Origin: Candidatus Woesebacteria bacterium
GTDB lineage: Bacteria; Patescibacteriota; Microgenomatia; UBA8517
Length of the DNA stretch: 64,000 nt
Assembly: GCA_016432525.1 (NCBI GenBank)
Contig: CP066693.1
Coordinates: 160,815 to 224,814, forward strand
Direction of reading: 5' to 3'
The number at the start of each line of letters is the position of its first letter. The first letter of the stretch is position 1. Positions 55,710-64,000 of the stretch are shown here, piece after piece. The notes below the pieces were generated by a model that worked only from the letters and a program-made list of their open reading frames with translations, made no database searches and was not told where the DNA came from. A program made the translations under genes and the position numbers.

Positions 55710-56816
55710 TTAAAGTAGACGACCTGCATTAATTCGAGAATCGTAAATGGTTTTTGTAATAAATCTGTCAGGCTGAGGCTCACTTTCTTCAGATTTGATA
55801 TCATTACTTGCCCCATTAAATTTAAAAGTATTTGCTTTCAACTTTGCCAGCTCCGCTTCCGTCCAACCCTTAACCGGCCAAAATTTTTCCAGAAGCCAGC
55901 TTAGAGGATGAACCTGTTTGGGCCAATTATTATTAAAAAAAAGTTCCCGGGCATAGGTCCTGGCTTTTTCTTGGTCCTTATTAGACATCGGGTAGGGGAA
56001 ACCAAAATCTCCCCCTTGGGTTCTAAACATATGAGCATACCACGTCTTATGATTGACGAAAACTTGTCCTCCAGAAAGCCAAGTTTTGACTGCCACTTCA
56101 ATTCCTTGGGAACCCCAACCTCCGAAATTCTCATCGCAGACATCTAATTGCCAGTATTTCTCTCGAGTCAGCATCCAAGCTGATCCCTGAAGAGACATTG
56201 TCTCGGTTAGTCCTTTTCCTTTTTTATCTTTTTCGTATTGTGGTCTATGCTTCCAGTCTTCAAAATATTGAAAGTGGGGAGTTGAATCAAAACAATAGGA
56301 AGTGCTCTGGGGATTGTGCTTTCCGGCCCAAATCAATTTTCTAATAAACTTTTTACTGTCACAAGGTTTACCAGTTTTTCTAAAATTAGTCTCACGACAT
56401 TTAGTTGGAGTTGGCCCTTGGTACCATTTCTTTCCACATTTTAGGCATTTCCAATCAAACGCCCAGAGATTTCTCATTATAGGGACCATTGTTACATTGT
56501 CTCCTGTAATTTTAAATGCCTCGAGCATTTTGCGGTCAAATCCTTTGTCAAAAGAACAATGAGCATCACACTTCATAACGTATTTTGCCCGGGAGAGCTT
56601 GCAAGCAAGATTAGTAGCTGCTCTTTGTCCAATTGACTCCGGAAGATAAACAACATTAACCCGGTCATTCTGCGTGATTGGCGGCTCTGCAAGCTTACCA
56701 TCCAAGACGACAATAATTTCTGTATCAGCTTCAATGTTTACCAAAGCATCGTCTACAGTGTTTTTGAGAAACATCTCATTGCGAGCAGGAATTAAGATAC
56801 TCAAATCATGGTCCAT
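55710..56816 (-). CDS. GT-A fold glycosyltransferase with DxH and WG..E motifs reminiscent of polypeptide GalNAc-transferase (GT27/GT7/GT2 clade)
   Basis: LSILIPARNE (GT2-type N-terminus), VVLDG, YVMKCDAHCSF (compare ppGalNAc-T LDAHCE) and FGGWGSQGIEVAVKTWLSGGQVFVNHKTWYAHMFR (compare WGGENLEISFRVWQCGG...GHVFR). Soluble, no TM. Confidence 0.5.
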   Translation of the reverse strand: MDHDLSILIPARNEMFLKNTVDDALVNIEADTEIIVVLDGKLAEPPITQNDRVNVVYLPESIGQRAATNLACKLSRAKYVMKCDAHCSFDKGFDRKMLEAFKITGDNVTMVPIMRNLWAFDWKCLKCGKKWYQGPTPTKCRETNFRKTGKPCDSKKFIRKLIWAGKHNPQSTSYCFDSTPHFQYFEDWKHRPQYEKDKKGKGLTETMSLQGSAWMLTREKYWQLDVCDENFGGWGSQGIEVAVKTWLSGGQVFVNHKTWYAHMFRTQGGDFGFPYPMSNKDQEKARTYARELFFNNNWPKQVHPLSWLLEKFWPVKGWTEAELAKLKANTFKFNGASNDIKSEESEPQPDRFITKTIYDSRINAGRLL

Positions 56817-56867
56817 GTTTTGTTATGCAAAATTCTAAGCTTAACTGTTGCGCAAAGCAAGTGAAGA

Positions 56868-57401
56868 CTATGCTTTTTGGAACTTGAAGTAATAGTGTTG
56901 ACGATCATATTTATATATCGGACCGTCTACTAACCTAAAACCTGCATTATCAACAGTGATTACAAGGTCATTTGGCGTCCATGTGTGGTAACGCTGACCA
57001 GGCTGTGTAAACCTTCCACCTGATGAAATGCTTACGTAAAAGTATTTTTTAATGACACGCCTTGCTTCTGACAATGCCTTTTTGAAGTTGCTAATATATT
57101 CCAAAGTGTCTGACATTAGAGCTGAATCAAATTGCCCTATTTTATAAGGAAGACGGGTGGCGTTTCCTAAATCGACCTTGACGCCCTTTTCAGCTGCAAG
57201 TTTGATAGCGTAAGGATCATTGTCAACTCCTTTTATGGTAAGAACATGGCTAATTAAGCCATCGCCAGCACCGATATCAATGGTATTTTCCTCGCGAACG
57301 TATCTACTTAAGAATTGGACATGCCTCACATATCGTTGCTTTGCTCCAGCATACCAATCCCAATGATACGCTCCAAGCTTTTTATAGGGAGTTGTTACCA
57401 T
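56868..57401 (-). CDS. Class I SAM-dependent methyltransferase
   Basis: Motif I IDIGAGDGLISHVL; post-I acidic residue; 177 aa. Confidence 0.6.
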   Translation of the reverse strand: MVTTPYKKLGAYHWDWYAGAKQRYVRHVQFLSRYVREENTIDIGAGDGLISHVLTIKGVDNDPYAIKLAAEKGVKVDLGNATRLPYKIGQFDSALMSDTLEYISNFKKALSEARRVIKKYFYVSISSGGRFTQPGQRYHTWTPNDLVITVDNAGFRLVDGPIYKYDRQHYYFKFQKA

Positions 57402-57447
57402 CTGTATAATTTATAATACATCAATCATGGTTTGACAATGGTGACTA

Positions 57448-58026
57448 TTAATATTTTTTTCTAACAATAATTAATATGTCACGTTTTCTGTTGTCAGGAA
57501 ATTTAAAAACTTCACAGTTATACTCTGTTAATTCGTTCTTGATGCAATCCGGACGGTTGGAGTCTTCAATTACATAGATAACGTCTTTTTTAAGAAGGGG
57601 CATAAGAGTGCAAACTGCTTGTAATTGAAATCGTTCATTGTGAGGTCCATCGTCAATTACAAGATCTATATCTGAGCCTATTTCTTTTATCAGATTTTGC
57701 AAGTTGGGGATTCGTGACGTACTTGATAAGATTGTTTTTATTCTGTCAGTTTGGAAAATAGTGCTTGGGTGTCGGTCTACGCCATAAATTTGGGCATTTG
57801 GGAAAAAATCTCGCCACATCAAAAGACTTGCGCCTGTTTGATAGTGTTTTGGAACATATTGCATTGTATATTTGCTACCAATGCCTAATTCTAAGATTTT
57901 TTTAAATTTTTCTTTTTTGTCTTTTAGGAGTTGGTAGTATACAGGAGTGTAGTTATGTCCAAGTTGAGGGCACTTATCGGTTCCGTATTTATAAGCTAAT
58001 TCGCAAAGCGGTGTTTGATTTTTCAT
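57448..58026 (-). CDS. Class I SAM-dependent methyltransferase
   Basis: ILELGIGSKYT motif I, ...IYGVDRHP..., DLVIDDGPH. Confidence 0.55.
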   Translation of the reverse strand: MKNQTPLCELAYKYGTDKCPQLGHNYTPVYYQLLKDKKEKFKKILELGIGSKYTMQYVPKHYQTGASLLMWRDFFPNAQIYGVDRHPSTIFQTDRIKTILSSTSRIPNLQNLIKEIGSDIDLVIDDGPHNERFQLQAVCTLMPLLKKDVIYVIEDSNRPDCIKNELTEYNCEVFKFPDNRKRDILIIVRKKY

Positions 58027-58865
58027 ATGATTTTATATTTATAAAATAAGTCTCTTAATCTCTCATTAACTAAGACTTTGTTTAACTTATTTTTGCCAAA
58101 GACGCAAACACCAATATTATCATTGCCCAATTCCACCTCTCTTTTGTCAAAAGGATGGAAATGGATAACCTTAAGAGGCTTTTTAGCCTCTTCGTAACAA
58201 ACAGAAATATTTCTTTTCCTGGTCGCAAAATTGTAAGTAATATTTAATTTTTTAATAAACTCATTCATATTACTTCTATTTCTTCTAGTTAATGCTAAGA
58301 GAGCTACTTCTTCGTTAGATTGATATTGATAAACCTTGTCTTTTATCAATCTGAAAATAAATTCAGAATCTTTGGTAAAAAAGATACTTCCAGTACTCCA
58401 CCATCTGTCATGAGATTCGTTGATGGTAGTTTTTCCATAACCTGTTAAAGCAAACGGAAAATTCCCCAAATTAAGCTCTTCCTCGGTAATTTTCTCTAAT
58501 TGGAAGGCATCTAGATCATGAAACCACCAAAGATCATCTCCAATTAAGCCTTTGTCAAAAAGATAAAGTATTGCAAGGATTTTGGTTGCCCTCTTTTTTA
58601 TTTCGCAGAAAAGTTCATCGGGCACAACCATGGATTTGATTCCCATGTATTCATAATCAAAATTAGTTATAAATATAATATCTTTGGGTTTCCAACCCAA
58701 CTCTAAGCTATTTTCAATCTGAATTTTTGCCAAAATTTCACTTTCTTTATTCCACTCATCTTCAGCAAAACATTTTTGGGGATTAAGATAAATAAGTAAA
58801 TTTTTCATGACAACACCTCCTTCAAGTTCCAACCAGGTATTTTGTCTATTGTTGTTTCGATCCAA
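58023..58865 (-). CDS. Hypothetical protein, possible GT-like enzyme (HDLDAF DxD-like motif)
   Basis: Soluble 260-280 aa. Start likely MKNLLIYLNPQK (about 58806) to avoid overlap with upstream gene. Assignment weak. Confidence 0.35.
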   Translation of the reverse strand: MDRNNNRQNTWLELEGGVVMKNLLIYLNPQKCFAEDEWNKESEILAKIQIENSLELGWKPKDIIFITNFDYEYMGIKSMVVPDELFCEIKKRATKILAILYLFDKGLIGDDLWWFHDLDAFQLEKITEEELNLGNFPFALTGYGKTTINESHDRWWSTGSIFFTKDSEFIFRLIKDKVYQYQSNEEVALLALTRRNRSNMNEFIKKLNITYNFATRKRNISVCYEEAKKPLKVIHFHPFDKREVELGNDNIGVCVFGKNKLNKVLVNERLRDLFYKYKII

Positions 58866-59509
58866 CCAGTAGGTTTGTGAATAAACTGATTTAATCTTAC
58901 TTTTGATGAGGAGAATGTTCCAACATGACGTATGTCAATATTTGGATATTTAGAACTCCATTCTTCATTTTTCTCTTCAAGAAATGCTCCATTACGTCTT
59001 TTCTTGCGTCCCGGTTCATATCCCCATACTCGGGCTAAATATGGATCTTTCTCACGGAATTTCTCAAAGCCAAGTTCCTTCATTCTTTTCTGCCGTGCTT
59101 TGAAATGATTGAATAATAGAACTCTATTTGCGCAAAGCTGGGAAAGAGAAGTTAATCCGTCGTATTTAATTATTTTTTTGCTTGGATAACCCCATCTCCA
59201 GTTGCTCATATTATAGTAGTAAACATCTTCTTTTGAAGGTGTAAAGTCAAAATGTGATTTATGGTACAAAACATCATGCTCACAAAAAAATACACAATCT
59301 ACACTACTTGCTTCAAGAGCCGCAATAATTTGATTAACCATGGTAGGATATCCTGGTTTGCCTTCAATAACTATATTCTTACCAAAATTTATCGGCTTTA
59401 AAGAGACACTTGTTATTGGCAATCCTGATGCAAGTATGTATTTTTGGCAGATAGAAAAAAGAGGTTCTATTAATCTGTTATCAGTATAATAAATAATACC
59501 TTTGGTCAT
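58805..59509 (-). CDS. Hypothetical protein in glycan-modification cluster
   Basis: 234-aa soluble ORF, co-directional and overlapping with neighbours; no recognizable motif. Confidence 0.4.
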   Translation of the reverse strand: MTKGIIYYTDNRLIEPLFSICQKYILASGLPITSVSLKPINFGKNIVIEGKPGYPTMVNQIIAALEASSVDCVFFCEHDVLYHKSHFDFTPSKEDVYYYNMSNWRWGYPSKKIIKYDGLTSLSQLCANRVLLFNHFKARQKRMKELGFEKFREKDPYLARVWGYEPGRKKRRNGAFLEEKNEEWSSKYPNIDIRHVGTFSSSKVRLNQFIHKPTGWIETTIDKIPGWNLKEVLS

Positions 59510-60120
59510 GGTTTGAAGAACATGTAGCTTAAGATATCATCAACTCTCCTCCCAGTGATTGATTTTTCCCTACCTAAAATATACCAGTTGGTTATGTTTT
59601 TAGCTTTGACAAATGCTTCTATTATAAAAGTAACATCATTGGTGTGAGAGCCATTGGTTTTAGAACCAATCACTTTATGATAGTCGTGTCCGGCTATAAT
59701 TCCACCAGATTTAACCTTGTCATACCATTTCATTAGGTCCATCGCTACATAACCGAAAGTATGATTGGCATCTATATAAACAAAATCAAGACTGTTGTTT
59801 TGTATATCTAATAAAGCATCCATTGAAGTTTTGCGGATAATACTACAGTTGGAGTATTGTGCTATCCTTTTTATGGTAGTAAGATACATATCTTCCAATC
59901 TTCTTGGAGCTCGATAACCCTGATAACTTGCCCATGGATCAATTCCGTACATTGTGAGGCCGGCGTGACAATATAATACTAGATTTCTTCCTGTAAAAAC
60001 ACCAATTTCAGCACCAGTTTTAAATCCTAACTGCTTAAAAAATTCAGGTAATTCATTTCTGGAGGAATCTGGTATTTCAAAAGGTTTACCTTTATGTTTC
60101 AACGCATCAATTAGTTTCAT
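59506..60120 (-). CDS. Class I SAM-dependent methyltransferase (Methyltransf_24-like)
   Basis: GAEIGVFTGRNLV motif I; FVYIDANHTFGYVAMDLMKWYDKVKSGGIIAGHDY. Confidence 0.55.
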   Translation of the reverse strand: MKLIDALKHKGKPFEIPDSSRNELPEFFKQLGFKTGAEIGVFTGRNLVLYCHAGLTMYGIDPWASYQGYRAPRRLEDMYLTTIKRIAQYSNCSIIRKTSMDALLDIQNNSLDFVYIDANHTFGYVAMDLMKWYDKVKSGGIIAGHDYHKVIGSKTNGSHTNDVTFIIEAFVKAKNITNWYILGREKSITGRRVDDILSYMFFKP

Positions 60121-60151
60121 TCATTAACAATTTTGACTATGATAACATATC

Positions 60152-61717
60152 ATGATAATGAAAATAGTTGGGTTTCAATCAGGCCATGACGTAGCTTATT
60201 GCATTTTAGAAAATGGTATTCCAATTCTTCATGAAGAATTGGAAAGATTTAGTAGAAGGAAAATGGAAGTGGGGGATGGATTAAAATTTTTCTTTTCAAG
60301 ATTTAGTGAGAATACCAACGATATAAAATATTTCACCTTTGGAAATCTAAACGGCAGGACTGGTAAATGGCAGAGTCGTTGTGGTGAAAAAGAAAGCGAT
60401 GACAAAATGAAAAAAATTTTAAGAGAAAATCACGGCTCTTTTTATGAATTTCCACATCATTTATGCCACGCTGCTAACGCCTTTTTTACCAGCAGTTTTG
60501 ATAGATCTTTAATTATTACTCTAGACGGCGGAGGATTTGAAGCAGACGATTCAGTGACGTCGTTTACCATAAGTGAAGGGATTGGCAATAAAATCAAAAG
60601 AATAAAGGTATTTCCCATCTCAGAAATTGATTTTGGTGGCCTTTGGAATGATGCAACTAAAAATATATTTAGTTTATCAGTCGGCCCTCCGAAAGGCAGT
60701 CAAGAAGGTACTGTTATGGCAATGGTAGCTCTCGGCGAACCAAAATATCTTAATCTTTTTAATCCGTATAGGCGAAGTAAATTACACTCAATTGCTAATT
60801 TGTCGGAGCAGGAAAAATTTAATGTTGCTACATCTTTGCAAAAGTTTACAGAAGATACATTTTTAAATTATGTATCAAAATACATTAAAAAATCAGGTCA
60901 CGAAAATATTTGTTTTTCAGGAGGCGTGTCATTAAATAGTGTCATGTTAGGCAAACTTAAAAGTTGGTTCCCTCAAATCAAAAACGTTTTTTGTGACCCT
61001 GTTCCATATGACGCAGGTCTAGCTTTGGGTTCTGCTCGTTATCTCTGGCATCATGTCTTAGAATATCCACGAATTAAAGATATTAAAAACATGCCCCCAT
61101 ATTTAGGAAAAATATATTTAAAAAAAGATATAAAAAGTGCTTGTAAATCTTATATAAATAAAATTAAAGTGAAGAAAGTTGATGATGATAAGGTTGTAAA
61201 ATTAATTGACGATCAAAAAATAGTATCTGTTTTTGGTGGGGGATCAGAAAGTGGGAGGAGGGCGCTTGGAAATAGAAGCATTTTAGCTGATCCAAGAAAT
61301 CCTGAAATGAAGAAAATTATAAATGAAAAAGTAAAACACCGAGAGTGGTTTAGACCTTTTGCTCCATCGATTTTAGAAGAAAAAGTAACTGACTGGTTTG
61401 AGGATAATTACAAAAGTCCTTATATGTCTTTTGCAGTAAAGTTTAAAAAAGAAAAAAGAAATCAAGTACCTGCTGTCGTTCATTATGATGGTACTGGAAG
61501 ACTCCAGACTGTTAATGAAGTCTTAAGTCCTTGGTATTACAACTTTATAAAAAAATGGGAGTTGATATCAGGTGTGCCGATTTTATTAAATACTAGCTTC
61601 AACGATAGTGAACCAATTGTAGAGACCCCAGAAGATGCAATAAGGTGTTTTTTGGGAACTCAAATAGATTATTTATATTTTTTTGATTATGGCTTATTAG
61701 TTGAGAAATTAATTTAG
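60152..61717 (+). CDS. Carbamoyltransferase (NodU/CmcH family)
   Basis: N-terminus MKIVGFQSGHDVAYCILENG (Kae1-like carbamoyltransferase N-domain), conserved GGVSLNSV and C-terminal carbamoyltransferase domain (FRPFAPSILEE). Confidence 0.7.
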   Translation: MIMKIVGFQSGHDVAYCILENGIPILHEELERFSRRKMEVGDGLKFFFSRFSENTNDIKYFTFGNLNGRTGKWQSRCGEKESDDKMKKILRENHGSFYEFPHHLCHAANAFFTSSFDRSLIITLDGGGFEADDSVTSFTISEGIGNKIKRIKVFPISEIDFGGLWNDATKNIFSLSVGPPKGSQEGTVMAMVALGEPKYLNLFNPYRRSKLHSIANLSEQEKFNVATSLQKFTEDTFLNYVSKYIKKSGHENICFSGGVSLNSVMLGKLKSWFPQIKNVFCDPVPYDAGLALGSARYLWHHVLEYPRIKDIKNMPPYLGKIYLKKDIKSACKSYINKIKVKKVDDDKVVKLIDDQKIVSVFGGGSESGRRALGNRSILADPRNPEMKKIINEKVKHREWFRPFAPSILEEKVTDWFEDNYKSPYMSFAVKFKKEKRNQVPAVVHYDGTGRLQTVNEVLSPWYYNFIKKWELISGVPILLNTSFNDSEPIVETPEDAIRCFLGTQIDYLYFFDYGLLVEKLI

Positions 61718-62823
61718 AACTTAACTAGTTCTGGAAAAGTATCTGGATCTTTTGGATCATATATTTCATTAATCCAAAATATTGTTAATAGATCTTTCTT
61801 TCCAATATTTTTGATTGAATGGGTATGAAATGTTGGCATATCGATATACACAGGTCGTTTCCCAGAAACTTTGTATGTATAAACCTTTTTGGAAAATAAT
61901 CTTCTTATTTTTATTTCTGCCTTACCTTTAATTACACAAAAACGTTCAATTTTTCGGGTATGATAATGATTTCCTCTCACTATGTTTGGGTGAGTTGTAG
62001 AAAAAGAAATTTGACCGCGTGTTTTGGTTTTGACAACTTCAACAAAAGCTCCACGCTCATCTTTTTTCAGATCTAAATTTACTGGAAAATGATTAGGATA
62101 AAGATAAGAACGAAAAGTGTTAAATAACTGAAGTTCGAAATTATTTTTAAATTTGGGAAAAATATCAAAAAAATACACGTCCCTAAAATTTTTCAATAAA
62201 GAGTAAATATCAGTTAGTTGCATTTTTTTGCCATTTGGAATAATTGTTTTAGAAGATTTTTTCTTAAATAAGCTAGTAATTAAGCAACATATATCTTGAA
62301 TATAAATTAGTTCAACTTTTGCATCAGGATTTACAACTGACTTTTTATTTTTTGAAAGTTCGTAAGCTAAGCTAGCAATAGCGGAATTATAGTAGGGTTG
62401 TGCAAATTCACCAAAAATATGTGGCGCAACTATTGAGAAAGTGGCAACTCTATTTTTTGTACCCCAATCTAGGATCATTTTTTCAGAGTCTCTCTTTGAA
62501 CGTCCATAAGCTGTGTTTCTTGTATTGTGGGTCGAAGACAAAAAAATAATTTTCGGTCTTTTATTTATCTTATCAAGAGTAGTTAGTATTGTTTTTGTTA
62601 ACTTGGTATTAATTTCGTATATTTCTTTTTCTTCTCCACGGTTTAATCCAGCTAAATGGACTACGATATCACATCTTTTAAGTTTTTTTGCAAGTTTTTC
62701 AGAAGTAGAGAAATCAGATTTTTGTACGGAAATTGGTTTATATTTATCTCTTTGTCCATATAAAAAGAAACGCAAATGAGTCCCAACAAATCCTGAAGCG
62801 CCTGTTATTCCTACTCGTACCAT
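61714..62823 (-). CDS. Bifunctional NAD-dependent sugar epimerase/dehydratase (N-terminal Rossmann) + cupin sugar 3,4-ketoisomerase/3,5-epimerase-like (C-terminal)
   Basis: MVRVGITGASGFVGTHL Rossmann GxxGxxG; C-terminal GAFVEVVKT...RGNHYHTRKIERFCVIKGKAEI cupin motif. Confidence 0.6.
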   Translation of the reverse strand: MVRVGITGASGFVGTHLRFFLYGQRDKYKPISVQKSDFSTSEKLAKKLKRCDIVVHLAGLNRGEEKEIYEINTKLTKTILTTLDKINKRPKIIFLSSTHNTRNTAYGRSKRDSEKMILDWGTKNRVATFSIVAPHIFGEFAQPYYNSAIASLAYELSKNKKSVVNPDAKVELIYIQDICCLITSLFKKKSSKTIIPNGKKMQLTDIYSLLKNFRDVYFFDIFPKFKNNFELQLFNTFRSYLYPNHFPVNLDLKKDERGAFVEVVKTKTRGQISFSTTHPNIVRGNHYHTRKIERFCVIKGKAEIKIRRLFSKKVYTYKVSGKRPVYIDMPTFHTHSIKNIGKKDLLTIFWINEIYDPKDPDTFPELVKF

Positions 62824-63938
62824 ACAACTCTTTTGATGTAGTTTATATAACTAAGTATGATCCGCAAGACCTTCTGGGAAACATGAGGATGTGAGTATTC
62901 TTGAGATACTGTTGGTTTATATCCATCACTTTGTTGTTTTTTAGTTAAGTTTATTGATTGCAAAACTCTCTCTGGGTCAAGTCCTGACATAATAACGGCC
63001 GCCTCATCCATAGCTTCAGGTCTTTCGTGGGCTTCACGAAGGTTAATTGCTGGAAAACCAATAATAGAGGATTCTTCGCTAATTGTTCCAGAGTCTGAAA
63101 GCGTACAAAAAGCATTTATCTGAAGATTTAAGTAGTCAAAAAAGCCTAATGGTTTTAAAACTCGAACAAGTCTAGGTAGTTTTTTATTGATTGATTTGAT
63201 GCGTGCGAGCGTTCTTGGATGACAAGAAAAAATAATCGGCATTTTATATTCTTTTGTAAGTTTATCTAATGTGTCATATAGTTTACTAAAATTTATCGGT
63301 GAATCGACATTTTCTTCTCTGTGAACTGATAATACAAAATATTTTTCTTTTAGAATTTTTAATTTTTTAAGAATGTTTGATTTATCGATTTCTTTTTTAT
63401 GTTTGTTTAAAACCTCATACATAGGAGAACCCGTTTTTATAATTCGATCGGAACTTAACCCTTCACGTAATAAATTTTGGCGCGCAAGCTCAGAGTAAGG
63501 CATATTAATATCGCTTAAGTGATCTATAAGTCGGCGATTTATCTCCTCAGGCACTCTAAAATCAAAACATCTATTGCCGGCCTCCATATGGAAAATTGGA
63601 ATTTTTCTACGTTTTGCAGCATATGAAGACATGGAGCTGTTGGTGTCTCCCAAAACAAGAAATGCATCTGGCTTTTCTTTTTCTAATATTTTATCCATCC
63701 CAGTGATAATGTTACCTACTGTGATTGTTGCTGTTTTTCCTATAGAGTTTAAAAAATAGTCCGGCTTTCTTAAATCTAAATTGTCAAAAAAAATTTGGGA
63801 AAGTTCATAATCATAATTTTGACCTGTATGAACAAAAATGTGATCAACATGTTTATCTAATTCTTTTATTATTTCTGATAATCTAATAATCTCAGGTCGG
63901 GTTCCTACAACTGTTAATACTTTTAATTTCTTATTCAT
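62811..63938 (-). CDS. wecB: UDP-N-acetylglucosamine 2-epimerase (non-hydrolysing)
   Basis: MNKKLKVLTVVGTRPEIIRLSEII...HTGQNYDYELSQIFF...LVLGDTNS family signature. Confidence 0.8.
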   Translation of the reverse strand: MNKKLKVLTVVGTRPEIIRLSEIIKELDKHVDHIFVHTGQNYDYELSQIFFDNLDLRKPDYFLNSIGKTATITVGNIITGMDKILEKEKPDAFLVLGDTNSSMSSYAAKRRKIPIFHMEAGNRCFDFRVPEEINRRLIDHLSDINMPYSELARQNLLREGLSSDRIIKTGSPMYEVLNKHKKEIDKSNILKKLKILKEKYFVLSVHREENVDSPINFSKLYDTLDKLTKEYKMPIIFSCHPRTLARIKSINKKLPRLVRVLKPLGFFDYLNLQINAFCTLSDSGTISEESSIIGFPAINLREAHERPEAMDEAAVIMSGLDPERVLQSINLTKKQQSDGYKPTVSQEYSHPHVSQKVLRIILSYINYIKRVVWYE

Positions 63939-64000
63939 TTAACTCTTTTTTAATGTAGTCGAGTGAAAGAAGTAGTTTTTCAATTTCGGGAACAATAAGG

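Overview
This 64-kb window looks like a chromosomal segment from a low-GC, small-genome bacterium, plausibly Candidate Phyla Radiation/Patescibacteria-like. Genes are small and tightly packed, with many ATGA start/stop overlaps. TGA is used as a stop and GTG/TTG as starts, so the standard bacterial code 11 applies. The replication-origin neighbourhood is present. dnaA and dnaN lie on the minus strand and diverge from a canonical rpmH-rnpA-yidD-yidC-jag operon, and DnaA-box-like 9-mers sit in the dnaA-dnaN spacer. I found no rRNA, tRNA or CRISPR. Housekeeping genes are groES/groEL, valS, tsaD, rplY (ctc), rnhA, comM/yifB, tatA-tatA-tatC, an ABC substrate-binding protein, VanW-like and LytR_C proteins, and two M23 peptidases. 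Two accessory regions stand out. (1) Coordinates ~2.3-25.8 kb hold a type IV secretion (T4SS)-like island. It has a tandem array of ten VirB2/TrbC-like pilin paralogs, two of them fused to large Cys-rich secreted domains. It also has a giant cell-wall hydrolase (GH5-like plus lytic transglycosylase), a polytopic VirB6-like protein, and a VirB4/TrbE-like ATPase interrupted in its P-loop by an intein with a LAGLIDADG homing endonuclease. A membrane-anchored M23 peptidase and a SpoIID-like protein complete it. No coupling protein, relaxase or integrase is visible. (2) Coordinates ~50.4-63.9 kb hold an extraordinary low-complexity locus. Three consecutive minus-strand ORFs encode more than 250 tandem copies of the tetrapeptide S-P-S-[I/V]. 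They are joined by identical frame-breaking junctions lying in exact 142-nt repeats. The reading begins with a Gly/Asn-rich N-terminal domain and has no signal peptide. It ends in a conserved C-terminal module that is duplicated as a stand-alone fragment next to tatA-tatA-tatC. Immediately upstream on the same strand is a cluster of soluble sugar-modifying enzymes: a GT-A glycosyltransferase with DxH and WG..E motifs like polypeptide GalNAc-transferases, a GT/methyltransferase fusion, three further SAM methyltransferases, an O-carbamoyltransferase, a bifunctional epimerase/ketoisomerase and UDP-GlcNAc 2-epimerase. No flippase or lipid-carrier enzymes are present. I interpret this as a candidate mucin-like, cytoplasmically O-glycosylated fibre system. 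Short recurring hairpin and palindrome motifs, a GC-rich mini-island with nested hairpins, and a consensus sigma70-like promoter are also noted.
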